Below, one piece after another: positions 8,886 to 19,078 of a DNA stretch of 55,889 nucleotides (position 1 is its first letter; each line of letters begins with the position of its first letter). The notes beneath the pieces are model-generated. The model saw only the letters and a program-made list of their open reading frames with translations. It was not told the origin of the DNA and did no database searches. Source of the stretch: Candidatus Parcubacteria bacterium (GTDB lineage: Bacteria; Patescibacteriota; Minisyncoccia; Phycocordibacterales; JAACPR01). Location of the stretch: positions 1 through 55,889 of the forward strand of contig JBDLUA010000020.1 of assembly GCA_039805545.1 (NCBI GenBank), in the 5' to 3' direction. Made by a program: the position numbers and the translations under genes.

Positions 8886-10010
8886 CTACCCCAGTACCTC
8901 AATTCCAGGCAATGTCTTCTTCGCAATAAATTCCAACATCGCACCTCCAGACAAAGACATGAAATCAAACACATTTTCTTTTCCAAGTTTTTTAACTTCT
9001 GCAACTGTATCACCACCACCTACGATAGAATATGCATTTGACTTTGAGATTGCTTCAATAACTTTTTTTGAAAGAAAACTGTCTCCCTGTTCAAAAGTCC
9101 CAAATGGACCATTCCATACAACAAGCTTTGCCTGTTTTATTTTTTCTGCAAGTATATTTGCTGTTTTTTCTCCCCCATCGATAATCTTATCTGTATTTTT
9201 TATATCTTTGAGTGATTTATTTTTATTAAAAAGAAAAGATTTTACACGCACATCATCTACAAGTATCACTTTTTCATTCTTAAAAATATTCTCCGCATAT
9301 CCCTTATCCATATCACTTACCTTTGATTGTCCAACCTCATACCCATTCGCCTTAAGAATATCATTTGCAAGTGCACCGCCTACAAACACACTATCTGCGA
9401 CATTAAGGAGAGATTCTATAACAGGAATCTTCGTCTCAAACTTTGCACCACCCATAAGCACAACAAATGGATGTTCTGGATTAAATACTTTTGAAAGAGT
9501 CTCAAGTTCCTTTTTAAATTGACATCCACAATATGATTTAAGAAGAGTTGGAAGTGTAACAATACTTGTGTGTTCTCTGTGTGATGCAGAAAAAGCGTCG
9601 TTCACATATATTTCTCCGAGCGATGCAAGAAACTGAGCAAAAGCATAGCTATTATCAGTTTCTCCGGATTGTTGTCTTAAATTTTCAAGCAACACCACAT
9701 CACCCTCTTTCATTTGTTCTACCTTTTGAGAGATAAAAACTTCATTCCATTCTGGTATAAAATCCAAATTTAACTTTGTTTTTAAATATTTAAAAACAGG
9801 TGCTAATGTTTCGTTTTTTTGTCTTCCAATATGACTTATCAAAATTACTCGAGCACCCGAATTTTTAAGATATGTAATAGTCTTTAGACAAAAGTCTATT
9901 CGCGCAGTCTCAGCAACTTTTCCAGAAGATATCGGTACATTAAAATCAGTTCTAACAAAAACCCTTTTTCCTTTCAAAAACTCTGGTGAGACTTCGTGAA
10001 TACATTTCAT
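8886..10010 (-). CDS. pgk: Phosphoglycerate kinase
   Basis: VRTDFNVP, SHIGR, LLENLR, YVNDAF, GGAK, WNGP.G, GGGDT and SGGAMLEF motifs. Confidence 0.96.
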   Translation of the reverse strand: MKCIHEVSPEFLKGKRVFVRTDFNVPISSGKVAETARIDFCLKTITYLKNSGARVILISHIGRQKNETLAPVFKYLKTKLNLDFIPEWNEVFISQKVEQMKEGDVVLLENLRQQSGETDNSYAFAQFLASLGEIYVNDAFSASHREHTSIVTLPTLLKSYCGCQFKKELETLSKVFNPEHPFVVLMGGAKFETKIPVIESLLNVADSVFVGGALANDILKANGYEVGQSKVSDMDKGYAENIFKNEKVILVDDVRVKSFLFNKNKSLKDIKNTDKIIDGGEKTANILAEKIKQAKLVVWNGPFGTFEQGDSFLSKKVIEAISKSNAYSIVGGGDTVAEVKKLGKENVFDFMSLSGGAMLEFIAKKTLPGIEVLG

Positions 10011-10774
10011 ATAACAGCATTAATAATTTTTGCAAATTCTTGTGGATTCAAACTTGCTCTTCCTATTAATAATCCATCAACCATTCCTTCTCGTACAATT
10101 GTCTGCGCATTATCACTATCTACTGATCCTCCATACAAAATTGGAATATGTGCACCAATATTTTTTCCAAACTTATGCATTAATTCTTTTTTGATAAATA
10201 GATTCATAAAATGAATATCGTGTGTATTCATCGCACTATTACCCTTTCCAACAGCCCATACTGGTTCGTATACAATATTTAATTTCTTCACAAGTGCAGG
10301 AGAAACATATCGAAGTGCGTTTCGAAGTTGATCTGCAACAACATTAAGATACGTTGCTTGTGCATCGTGCACCTTTTCACCAATACAAAGAAGGACATGC
10401 AAATCATCTTTAAGTGCTTTAAAAACTTTTTTTGAAATTGATTCATCATTCTCACCCTTCTCTCGTACTTCACTATGACCAATAATTACAAATCGAGCAC
10501 CAGCGTCTTTGATCATCGGAATAGAAATATCTCCCGTGAATTGACCATCTTCTTCAAAATGAGCATTTTGTGCACCAAAAAATATTTTTGAACCGCTATA
10601 CATAGATTTCATTTCTTTCAAAAAAATAGAGGGAGGACAAAATACAACAGTCTTGTTTGTATAATTTACCTTTTGTTTTTTAAAATCATTAAAAATCTTT
10701 TTTACTTCTTTCAAAGTTCGAGGGTTCATCTTCCAGTTTGCTACAATAAGTTTTTGATTTTTGTTAGTAGACAT
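10007..10774 (-). CDS. tpiA: Triosephosphate isomerase
   Basis: ANWKMN, IIGHSE, YEPVWAVG, LYGGSV and GLLIGRASL motifs; ATGA overlap with pgk. Confidence 0.96.
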   Translation of the reverse strand: MSTNKNQKLIVANWKMNPRTLKEVKKIFNDFKKQKVNYTNKTVVFCPPSIFLKEMKSMYSGSKIFFGAQNAHFEEDGQFTGDISIPMIKDAGARFVIIGHSEVREKGENDESISKKVFKALKDDLHVLLCIGEKVHDAQATYLNVVADQLRNALRYVSPALVKKLNIVYEPVWAVGKGNSAMNTHDIHFMNLFIKKELMHKFGKNIGAHIPILYGGSVDSDNAQTIVREGMVDGLLIGRASLNPQEFAKIINAVI

Positions 10775-10787
10775 ATGAATATTGTAA

Positions 10788-10826
10788 CATAACGAAAGCG
10801 GCCGACCCTTCGGGTCGGCCGCTTTT
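10788..10826. terminator. cUUCGg palindrome/terminator; near-identical copy at 6622-6660
   Basis: CATAACGAAAGCGGCCGACCCTTCGGGTCGGCCGCTTTT. Confidence 0.8.
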
Positions 10827-10833
10827 ATTCACA

Positions 10834-12615
10834 CTATTCAACCTCCTTCCAACTACTTACAGTCCACGCACCAGACGGACCAGTATTAAATACCGGATTA
10901 ACTAAACCAGATTCATATGTAACGGTTGTTCCGCCATCCATTTCTATTCTATGTGCTGTCGCTTGTTTTGCTTGTGCACCACCACTAAAAGATATCGTTC
11001 CATTTTGTGCGTTAATCACAACAGCTCCAGCACCCCCACTAATATCTACAGCATTTTCTCCGGAGCATCCAACACCATTTGGACAATTACTTGTAGTAAC
11101 AAGCATAATATAACTTCCACCTGACCCAGAACCTGCAAACTGACCACCTCCATTAGTCTTTATAGTTCCATCTGCAAGCAATACCACGCTTTTATTGCTC
11201 AAACTAGGATTTACTCGAACAATTCCTCCACCATTAACCAAAATATTACCAGTTACATATACAGTGCCATCTAAATTTAAAATACCACCGGACCCAACAT
11301 TCAAATCTCCTTCAATCTTTGTTGGACCAAGAGAATATGTTCCGCTCCCATATGATTTTGTACTTGTTGCACCTCCGGCAGTCGCCTCAGCTTTCCAATC
11401 TATAATATTCCCATCTGATATTGGATAGGCTTGCTGTACAGGTACTCCACGAGAAATATCACACGCCTTATTATTTGAAGTACCACTCTGACAATATGCA
11501 GTTCCTGCAATAGTAGAATTTTTTACTTCATAACTCCACGCGTCTCCTAATACTCCTGTTCCAACAGCAACCCCGTCAATCACTCCAGTACTTCCACCGA
11601 CATAAATATCAAAATATGCATCAAGAGTGTTTGGTACAGGATCAATCCATGTTCCTCCATTACTTTGTGACCAACCATTTTGAGCAAGCTTTAGAGCACC
11701 ACCACTAAAAGTATTGTCATTTGCACCCAAAGAATAATAAGGCCCCCAAAAATTAGTACTATCAAACACAAGCCAATAAGTAGTTCCTGGTGTAAGAGAA
11801 ATAGTACTTGAAAGTGGAATCGATAAATAATTAAAAGAAGAAGTTACAGTAGATGCGCTAATTGTTCCTTGTGCGATATCAGTTTTGCTAGGTTTGCCAG
11901 CATTATCCGTTGTAATTCGAAGAGTAACGTTTGACCATGGACTGTTTGTCTTTTTTATTAAAATACGAATTGAAGAAACAGGGGTTGTAGTACTTACAGT
12001 AAAGCTTTGTGCAACATCTTGTGGTGTAGAAGTTGAATTTCCTCCAAAATTAATTTGAATACCAGGATCTATTGTTCCAATATTATTTGAAGTAACCGAG
12101 ACTGGATCAGAAATATTAGCAGAGACAGCAGTACCTGTAATATATGCCCCATTACTTCCTACAATATCACCATTTGCATATACATTCCCAATGATTCCAG
12201 AACCGCCAGAAATATCAAAACCCCCTTGTCCAACTTGTAATCCATAATTAAAGCTTACTCCACTCCCCGCCTCAAGCGCTAATTCATAATTTCTTTTATA
12301 TGAATCAACATCAGAAGAAACAGAGACCATCTTACCCATACCCGTGTCTGCAACAGCAATTGTTGCACTACCTTGAGAGAGAGCAAGCGTTTCACTTGAA
12401 GCAATAGATTTATTTGTATTTAATTTATACATTGCTTCGTTTACCGCAGAGTTTGCAACAAGGAATGACTGTTTTGATTTTGAAAAAGATTTTGTGATAT
12501 TAAAACTTGAAACAACAGGAGAGGTTAATGCAAAAATAATTGCAACAGATAATGCAAAAAACATAAGTGTATTTATTATAATTACCTGTCCTTTTTGTGT
12601 ATTATTCTTATTCAT
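10834..12615 (-). CDS. PilX-like type IV pilus minor pilin / adhesin with Gly-rich beta-repeat body
   Basis: QKG-QVIIINTLMFF prepilin-like N-terminus lacking E5 (as in PilX), Gly-rich repeats, C-terminal SSWKEVE. Confidence 0.75.
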   Translation of the reverse strand: MNKNNTQKGQVIIINTLMFFALSVAIIFALTSPVVSSFNITKSFSKSKQSFLVANSAVNEAMYKLNTNKSIASSETLALSQGSATIAVADTGMGKMVSVSSDVDSYKRNYELALEAGSGVSFNYGLQVGQGGFDISGGSGIIGNVYANGDIVGSNGAYITGTAVSANISDPVSVTSNNIGTIDPGIQINFGGNSTSTPQDVAQSFTVSTTTPVSSIRILIKKTNSPWSNVTLRITTDNAGKPSKTDIAQGTISASTVTSSFNYLSIPLSSTISLTPGTTYWLVFDSTNFWGPYYSLGANDNTFSGGALKLAQNGWSQSNGGTWIDPVPNTLDAYFDIYVGGSTGVIDGVAVGTGVLGDAWSYEVKNSTIAGTAYCQSGTSNNKACDISRGVPVQQAYPISDGNIIDWKAEATAGGATSTKSYGSGTYSLGPTKIEGDLNVGSGGILNLDGTVYVTGNILVNGGGIVRVNPSLSNKSVVLLADGTIKTNGGGQFAGSGSGGSYIMLVTTSNCPNGVGCSGENAVDISGGAGAVVINAQNGTISFSGGAQAKQATAHRIEMDGGTTVTYESGLVNPVFNTGPSGAWTVSSWKEVE

Positions 12616-13129
12616 ATGATTCTCTTAAAATCGCAAAACCTGTATATGATTTTGTTTGTGTGGCATTTTCGATCATATATTCGAACTCAAGATTAAACCG
12701 CACAGACTCAGAAACAGGTGTGTCTAAATACTGAAAATTAAAATTTGAAACTGTAAAATCATCAAAACTCAAATTTGTTGCCGAATCATTATTCTCCTGA
12801 TATTTTGCAATTCCATCTTCAACATAAAACTTTTTTGATATTGTATTCCCATTTTCTACAGAATTAATTTCAAGTACTCCATTTGTTGTATTAAACTGAC
12901 TATTAATCATATTAATACTATTTGCGGATCTAATTTCTTTTGTAATTCGATCAACAATAAGCAGACCTGTTCTATCTGCTCGTGGTGATGCAACCATTTC
13001 TTTATAAATAGAATAAAACTGCACAAGTAATGTAATGATAATTGTACTCAGTATGATCAATCCTGAAACATACATAACAAGTTCAAGCATTGTAAACCCT
13101 CTTTGTTTTGAAAAGTTTCTAATTTTCAT
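12608..13129 (-). CDS. Type IV minor pilin (PilW-like)
   Basis: RGFTMLELVMYV prepilin cleavage/methylation motif. Confidence 0.85.
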   Translation of the reverse strand: MKIRNFSKQRGFTMLELVMYVSGLIILSTIIITLLVQFYSIYKEMVASPRADRTGLLIVDRITKEIRSANSINMINSQFNTTNGVLEINSVENGNTISKKFYVEDGIAKYQENNDSATNLSFDDFTVSNFNFQYLDTPVSESVRFNLEFEYMIENATQTKSYTGFAILRESYE

Positions 13130-13601
13130 ATGTATTATGAATTAACATTTCAGAAGAAATGGTTTTTGTTTGACCTTGATATGGCCACTTAATTGTAATT
13201 ACAGCCTTTCGAGTGCCAGGATCAACCACACCGCCACTTGAAACAATTTCGTCACTTCCATCTCTCCTTACTTCTTCAAATTGGATTGTTCGTGTCATCT
13301 CATATGAAAGTGTAATGGTACTTGTTCCTAATTCGTACCCACTTCCATTCCAAAATAATGAATACTCTGTGTGTAAAGAGTTTGGTTCAATATTTGAAGA
13401 ATAACCTTCATCACGCAAATACTGAAGCGCTTCTGCTGTTTCATCAAGAACCAAAACTGCTTGTGCCTCTCTGGCATTTTGATGAACAATTTTCAAATAG
13501 ATTTGTATTGCACCTACAATACCCGTTACTGATACTGCAATAATTCCCGCAGCAATAACTATCTCAACAATACTAATTCCTTTTATAAAAGAATTTTTCA
13601 T
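13119..13601 (-). CDS. Type IV minor pilin (PilV-like)
   Basis: KGISIVEIVIAAGII prepilin motif. Confidence 0.85.
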   Translation of the reverse strand: MKNSFIKGISIVEIVIAAGIIAVSVTGIVGAIQIYLKIVHQNAREAQAVLVLDETAEALQYLRDEGYSSNIEPNSLHTEYSLFWNGSGYELGTSTITLSYEMTRTIQFEEVRRDGSDEIVSSGGVVDPGTRKAVITIKWPYQGQTKTISSEMLIHNTYEN

Positions 13602-13605
13602 GTAT

Positions 13606-14058
13606 TTATTCTATCACAGAGATTGTTCCACTTTTTTCAATTATGATTTGTTTTGGAGAAATTCGATTCGTGATATGGGAAATCGTTATTGTTGCATTTT
13701 GATTTGCATCGCCAAGAATTTTTGAAAAATAAATTATATTATCTGAATTTGTAATCGTTTCGCTTATCTCAAATTGTGAATCAATGCCAATAACTTTATT
13801 TTGACTTGAGTTTGCAGAATATGTAGTCCCTGTAAAAAGCACAAAACTATCTGAATTAAACTTTACTCCAAAATTCTGTCCGTCCTTTCCTGCCTGTGTA
13901 TTAGCTCGTTGCTCATCAAGAGAAGCCTCTATTGCTTGCACAATTTGGTCCTGATTCTTTTTAACTTGAGCGACTTGATATGAATTTGTTGCAATAGTCA
14001 GAAGAATACCAGCAACCGCGATAGTAATTATTATTTCAAGAAGTGTGAAGCCTTTCAT
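13606..14058 (-). CDS. Type IV minor pilin (FimT/GspH-like)
   Basis: MKGFTLLEIIITIAV prepilin motif; start at ATG 14058 with TGC-TACAAT 6 nt upstream. Confidence 0.87.
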   Translation of the reverse strand: MKGFTLLEIIITIAVAGILLTIATNSYQVAQVKKNQDQIVQAIEASLDEQRANTQAGKDGQNFGVKFNSDSFVLFTGTTYSANSSQNKVIGIDSQFEISETITNSDNIIYFSKILGDANQNATITISHITNRISPKQIIIEKSGTISVIE

Positions 14059-14079
14059 GAGTAAATTGTAGCACAAAAA

Positions 14080-14676
14080 CTAACAACTACATGCTTTTAA
14101 CACTTCAAAATCCTTCTTCAATTCATCCAATTTAGAACGATTATAAACTGCAACAGCAGGATGATATAAGGGAACAATAATTACTTCACCCCAAGAAGCT
14201 TTTACTTTAAAAGATTTTCCATGGATATTTGAGATAGACTGAATGTTTTCTTCTAATCCAAACTGTTTCATAACAAAATCCATTGAAAATCTTCCAAGAG
14301 TAGCAATTATTTTTGGTTGAATAATTTCAAATTGTCGAATTAAAAAAGGTGCATATAGTTCTATTTCTTCTGCTTTAGGATCTCGATTATCTTGTGGTCT
14401 GTCTTTTACTATATTTGTTACATATACTTGTGCTCTATCAATTCCTACATGCAAAAGAAGTTGATCGAGAGTTTTACCAGAAGCACCACAAAAAGGTTTG
14501 CCTGTAAGGGCTTCATTTTTACCAGGAGCCTCACCAATAAAAACAATATGTGTATCAAGACTTCCTTCACCGATTACAGGAAGATAGTTATTAGAAATAC
14601 GGTATTCATACAAAGGAGACTGTTTTAAATCAAAAATAGCGTCTTGAACTTTTTTCATTTCATCATTTTTGGACAT
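14080..14676 (-). CDS. Uracil-DNA glycosylase, family 4-like
   Basis: VIGEG, FIGEAPGKNE, GKPFCGASG, TNIVKDRP..NRDP, LGRFS and YHPA motifs. Confidence 0.92.
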   Translation of the reverse strand: MSKNDEMKKVQDAIFDLKQSPLYEYRISNNYLPVIGEGSLDTHIVFIGEAPGKNEALTGKPFCGASGKTLDQLLLHVGIDRAQVYVTNIVKDRPQDNRDPKAEEIELYAPFLIRQFEIIQPKIIATLGRFSMDFVMKQFGLEENIQSISNIHGKSFKVKASWGEVIIVPLYHPAVAVYNRSKLDELKKDFEVLKACSC

Positions 14677-14691
14677 AGATATAGTATAGCA

Positions 14692-14733
14692 AAATAAAAG
14701 CGGCGGACCCTTCGGGTCCGCCGCTTTTATTTT
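14692..14733. terminator. cUUCGg palindrome/terminator; identical 42-bp copy at 49436-49477
   Basis: AAATAAAAGCGGCGGACCCTTCGGGTCCGCCGCTTTTATTTT. Confidence 0.85.
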
Positions 14734-15206
14734 ACCCCCCTAATCTTAGGTCTCTCCCTCTTAAATCTCGTTATTTTTGAATTTGGATTTCTACTTAGAA
14801 ACTTCCCCTCCAAACCAAGTCGATCCTCTACACGAGAATAGAGTATCGTTACAAAAACTCCAATTGTAAGTTCGGGCAAAATATCACTCACAAAAGGAAT
14901 AAGTGATACAAGCACGGTTACAATACTTGCAGTAATTTTTGCAACTCTTTTATTTCCTTTCCAAAATGGGATTTTAAATATCCAAAATAAAATAGGAAAA
15001 ACTATAATCTCGGCAAAATCTTTTATATAACTCCCAACGCCTGCGGTAAATAGACTTATAATAGCTTCTGCAATATCAAATATAAAAGCAAGGCCAACCA
15101 AAAAACCACCAATAAAAAAACCTACTCGATATTTTACTTTTGGTTGTGCGACAGATTGAGTCCGTGGCTCATCATAATATTCAAAATCATCATAGGAAGC
15201 CTCCAT
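14727..15206 (-). CDS. Hypothetical membrane protein
   Basis: 159 aa with 3-4 hydrophobic segments; downstream of the VirB4-like ATPase. Confidence 0.7.
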   Translation of the reverse strand: MEASYDDFEYYDEPRTQSVAQPKVKYRVGFFIGGFLVGLAFIFDIAEAIISLFTAGVGSYIKDFAEIIVFPILFWIFKIPFWKGNKRVAKITASIVTVLVSLIPFVSDILPELTIGVFVTILYSRVEDRLGLEGKFLSRNPNSKITRFKRERPKIRGVK

Positions 15207-15229
15207 ACCCTATATCATACAAGATTATT

Positions 15230-17053
15230 CTATTTTTGAGTATCTCCAAATTCTTCTTTTGCTTTTTTAATAGCCATTACTTGTGCAGGATCAGAAGAAA
15301 TAATTTGATCTTCTGTATATGAAGCAATAATTTTAATAGCCACGTGCTTTAATCCTGCAAAGAAGATACCTTCTCCCACATCAGATTCAAGAAGGAGATA
15401 TTTTTCTTCGTCTGTAAGATTAAATGTTTGTTGAACCATATCAATTGATGATGGTGATTGTTTCATCAAAAGTTGAATTGAAGAGTTTGTGATAATTGGC
15501 AAACCATATGGTGACCTAAGGAAGTCTTCCACATCTTGTGTAATAGTTGAGATTCCAAGGTAATACTTTCGCCCTCTCTTTGCGAGTCCATACAAGAATG
15601 ATGCTGTATCTTCTGACTTCATCATCCACCATGCCTCATCAATAATAAGGAGTCGTTTCTTAAGTTCTTTTCGAATTGCACTCCAAATAAAGTCTGTAAT
15701 AAGATACATCGCAACATGTTTAAGTTCATCTTCCATATCTCGAATTGAAAACACAATAAATTTTCGATTAATATCGATGTTTGTTGGTTTGTTTACAAAT
15801 CCTGCCCATGTTCCTTTTGTATACTTTGAAAGTTTTTGTACAAGAGATTCTGCACCCTCCATTCCTGCAAGCACTAATTCAAAGTCAGAAAGAAGTGGTG
15901 GTTGTGCCCCAGAAAAATCAGCATCAGGAGTAATGTCCTTCAATGCATATGTTTCGGTAAGAGCCCGATCAATAATTGCATCCTCTTCAGGAGTAAGTCC
16001 ACCAAGCATAATTCTAAAAAGACCTACAAGGTTTACAATCTTTGAGCGAAGAATATCGGAAGGAGATTCATCTTCTCGTGGCGGTGGCAAATCAAATGGA
16101 TTAATATGACTCTCTGAGTTAAGTGAGATATTAAAATATCGTCCCCCAGCAGACTCTGCAAGATACTCATACTCTCGTTCTGGGTCAATTACTATAACTT
16201 CAGCATCAAACATAAGCGATCGAAGAATCTCAAGCTTTGTTGCGTATGATTTTCCAGATCCAGCCTTTGCAAACACTACAGAGTTATAGTTTTCAAGTGA
16301 AAATCTATCAAACAAAATAAGCGATGAGTTGTGTCGATTAATTCCATACAAAATACCTTTATCTGTAGTAAGGTCAAATGACACAAAAGGAAAAATACTT
16401 GAAAGAGGTGATGTATTTAATTTTGAATATACACCAAGCAAATCCTGTGATACAGGAATCACACTATTAAATGCTTGTTCTTGTTGGAAGATTGCGGGTT
16501 TTGTATATACAAGCTGTGCTTCGAGAATTGATTTTACTTCTGATTCAAATTTATTTAATTCATCTACGGTATCAGCATAAATAGAAATGTATAACCCAAC
16601 ATCAAAGATTCTTTCTTGTGCTTGTTGTAAGTTATCTCGAAGATTTTCAAGGTCCTGATATGCAGTATCAAGCATTGGATCTCGCACAAGCCCCTTCTCT
16701 TCTCGTACAGAGATTTGGCTTTGCACTTCGGCAACTTTCTTTTTAAATGACCTCAAAACTTCTGCAGTATCAATAGGATGTACTACAATTGATACATCAA
16801 ATACTTTATCTAAATTAATAATTGGAGAAAACCATCCATCATTTAAATATCGAGGATATGAAAGTACAAATAATGTTCGGACAATCTTATCTCCTAGATG
16901 AATCTCTCTTGGCGTTACCTTAAGTGCAGGTGGAGCAATAATATCTTGCAATTCAAGAGTTCCTGCTTGATAAATTTCTTGCGGCAAAAATGAACTGATT
17001 TTTGGAATCTCTTTTTTATCTGTATTTCCTTTTAAAAAACTAAAAATTCCCAT
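15230..17053 (-). CDS. VirB4/TraC-like secretion ATPase
   Basis: Walker A AKAGSGKS, VIDPEREY, INPFD, IIDEAW and KRGRKY...ITQD motifs. Confidence 0.92.
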   Translation of the reverse strand: MGIFSFLKGNTDKKEIPKISSFLPQEIYQAGTLELQDIIAPPALKVTPREIHLGDKIVRTLFVLSYPRYLNDGWFSPIINLDKVFDVSIVVHPIDTAEVLRSFKKKVAEVQSQISVREEKGLVRDPMLDTAYQDLENLRDNLQQAQERIFDVGLYISIYADTVDELNKFESEVKSILEAQLVYTKPAIFQQEQAFNSVIPVSQDLLGVYSKLNTSPLSSIFPFVSFDLTTDKGILYGINRHNSSLILFDRFSLENYNSVVFAKAGSGKSYATKLEILRSLMFDAEVIVIDPEREYEYLAESAGGRYFNISLNSESHINPFDLPPPREDESPSDILRSKIVNLVGLFRIMLGGLTPEEDAIIDRALTETYALKDITPDADFSGAQPPLLSDFELVLAGMEGAESLVQKLSKYTKGTWAGFVNKPTNIDINRKFIVFSIRDMEDELKHVAMYLITDFIWSAIRKELKKRLLIIDEAWWMMKSEDTASFLYGLAKRGRKYYLGISTITQDVEDFLRSPYGLPIITNSSIQLLMKQSPSSIDMVQQTFNLTDEEKYLLLESDVGEGIFFAGLKHVAIKIIASYTEDQIISSDPAQVMAIKKAKEEFGDTQK

Positions 17054-17056
17054 ATA

Positions 17057-17692
17057 TTATTTCATTGTTAGTGGTTTCTCTGCTTCACCTGGATTAAATA
17101 ATTGATAAAACACCTCAATAACCTCTTCTGTTCCAAGTTGTACAGCTCGCACTCCTGTTCGTGCAACACCAGAGAGAATAACATCTATTCGTTGAGCGAT
17201 TTGTGTTCGACTCTCAGCAAACGCATCAGCATTTGCTTTAGTTTGTTCTGCTTGTTTTTTTGAACCAAAAAAACCACTTTTAACCCTGGTTACGTTTGCA
17301 TTCAAAGGAGTGTATGGGACAACAATAAAAAATCTTTTTGTCATAATGTTTGCTTGTTCTGTAAAACTTTTTACGAATTGGATGTATTCTCGAATTTGTA
17401 TCTTCATTAAATCATCTGTTTGAACTTTTAATCTATCTTGGAGAAGAGAAATATATGGTCGTATATCAAGGTTTCGTGATTGTACAAAGATTTGCATATC
17501 AAAATTAAGCGAGTTAAGGAAATTTTGGAATTGATAGATTATAGATTTTTGTTCATCTTCTGATTTAAGAGCAAAGTTCACAGAAGAAGTCATCAAAATA
17601 GCTCGCATAGAACCATCTTTCAAAATGATAATTCCATCTCGAACTTCTTGTATCGGTACAAATGATTGAGTTTGATTTTTTATATCTGTCAT
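17057..17692 (-). CDS. VirB4-associated protein (TraC/VirB4 N-terminal-like, CPR type)
   Basis: EVRDGIIILKDG...SSVNFALKSEDEQ..I...FQNFLNSL; lies between PrgI and VirB4. Confidence 0.75.
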   Translation of the reverse strand: MTDIKNQTQSFVPIQEVRDGIIILKDGSMRAILMTSSVNFALKSEDEQKSIIYQFQNFLNSLNFDMQIFVQSRNLDIRPYISLLQDRLKVQTDDLMKIQIREYIQFVKSFTEQANIMTKRFFIVVPYTPLNANVTRVKSGFFGSKKQAEQTKANADAFAESRTQIAQRIDVILSGVARTGVRAVQLGTEEVIEVFYQLFNPGEAEKPLTMK

Positions 17693-17713
17693 TTAGAAAA
17701 ATTATAACACGCA

Positions 17714-17915
17714 CTTGTCATTCCTGCGAAGGCAAGATCTTAGTATGAAAGAATAAGTTTTTTAGCACGTCATCCTCGCGAAGGCGAGGATCCAGGTACG
17801 AGATAAGATATATAAAGAAATGACTTAGGTGTTTTTTATTTATTAGCAAAAAGAAGGCCCTTCGGGCCCTCTTTTTGCAGTTCTAGATCCTCGCCTTCGC
17901 GAGGATGACGTGCTA
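17714..17915. repeat. Cluster of CGTC-type REP-like palindromes around a terminator
   Basis: TAGCACGTCATCCTCGCGAAGGCGAGGATC at 17763-17792, its exact reverse complement at 17886-17915, a degenerate copy at 17714-17750, and a cUUCGg terminator at 17846-17878. Confidence 0.85.
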
Positions 17916-17916
17916 A

Positions 17917-18324
17917 TTACCTCCCATCAAACCTATCCTGAACATCAAGACCCCAAGAAATTTCTTTTAATTTACTTTGTGAAAGTTTTGGTAATGCCAT
18001 TGGTGTTTGTTCTTTTATTTCTTCATGATTGTTTACTGACTTCTTTTCTGTCTTTTTCCAAATATATAATTTTGAAGAAAGAAAATATTTGATTGCGCCC
18101 TCAACAAATACAAGAAACGGTCTTCCATTCACCCGATAAAACGCTGCCGCCATAAAAAACGCAACAATAGGACCTCCAACAACAAATGCAATAATCTTTG
18201 GGGTCATCGTCCAAAATATAAATCCTATCGCTGCCCCACCACCTACATACAAAAACTGCTTAAATGTAAGTGGTCCAAAAATTTTGTCTTCGATTTCAAT
18301 AAATTGTGGGACTTGATATCGCAT
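17917..18324 (-). CDS. PrgI family (VirB3-like) membrane protein
   Basis: MRYQVPQFIEIEDKIFGPLTFKQF, two TM helices, NGRPF. Confidence 0.88.
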   Translation of the reverse strand: MRYQVPQFIEIEDKIFGPLTFKQFLYVGGGAAIGFIFWTMTPKIIAFVVGGPIVAFFMAAAFYRVNGRPFLVFVEGAIKYFLSSKLYIWKKTEKKSVNNHEEIKEQTPMALPKLSQSKLKEISWGLDVQDRFDGR

Positions 18325-18326
18325 AT

Positions 18327-19061
18327 TTATTCTATAGGTTCTCGGTATGGATCAACTGAATAGTTTTTAGGTGCACTTGCAACTGTTGGTTTTGTAAGCG
18401 CTGTTTCGACTGGTTTTACTTCTTCTGTTTTTACAGGTTCTACTACAGGTGCCTCAATTTGTTTTGCCTCAACTTGAACTGTTTTTTCAGGAGAAAGGGT
18501 AAATGACTTCACTACTCCCGGATTAGAAACTGATTCTACATTGGCAACTGGAGCAGGGTTAACTGGCGCAGCAGGAGATGAAGGAGAAACAACAGACTCT
18601 TCTTTTTTTGGAGAAAAATTAAGTTTGATTAATGGCTCTGGTTCTTTTTCAATTTCTGCAAGAATCTCATCTCTATGAGGAGCAGCAACAGAAGATGTAG
18701 GAATAGAAGGTGTTGAAACAGGATTACTTTCAGTTTTTTCATCAAGCTCCATTATCTTTTTATAGAGAGGGTTGAAGATCTGGTTTTCTGTTTCTTCTAA
18801 AATCTTCTGTGCTTTATCTTCTGCAATTTCATAACCATCTACTAATCTTTCATAAAAATCTTGTGCAGAAACAACACCCAACAAAACAAGATATATGGTC
18901 TGTTCAAGATCTCCCCCAATATCAATCATAAGTTGATTTTGGCTCACAATTACGCGAACCTCTTTTTTCCAATCAAAAGTTCTAATAATATCCATAATCT
19001 CAGCTGGCATATTTGCTTCGTATTCTCTTATTTTTTGTTCTAATGTTTTTGTATCTTGCAT
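18327..19061 (-). CDS. Hypothetical protein with Pro/Ser/Val-rich linker
   Basis: 244 aa; helical N-terminus, low-complexity middle, C-terminal DPYREPIE. Confidence 0.75.
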   Translation of the reverse strand: MQDTKTLEQKIREYEANMPAEIMDIIRTFDWKKEVRVIVSQNQLMIDIGGDLEQTIYLVLLGVVSAQDFYERLVDGYEIAEDKAQKILEETENQIFNPLYKKIMELDEKTESNPVSTPSIPTSSVAAPHRDEILAEIEKEPEPLIKLNFSPKKEESVVSPSSPAAPVNPAPVANVESVSNPGVVKSFTLSPEKTVQVEAKQIEAPVVEPVKTEEVKPVETALTKPTVASAPKNYSVDPYREPIE

Positions 19062-19078
19062 ATTATTTGATTTAATTT

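Noticed and set aside
17714-17915. CRISPR array
   Set aside because: Only 2-3 units, one inverted and one degenerate, with no cas genes; fits REP-like repeats.
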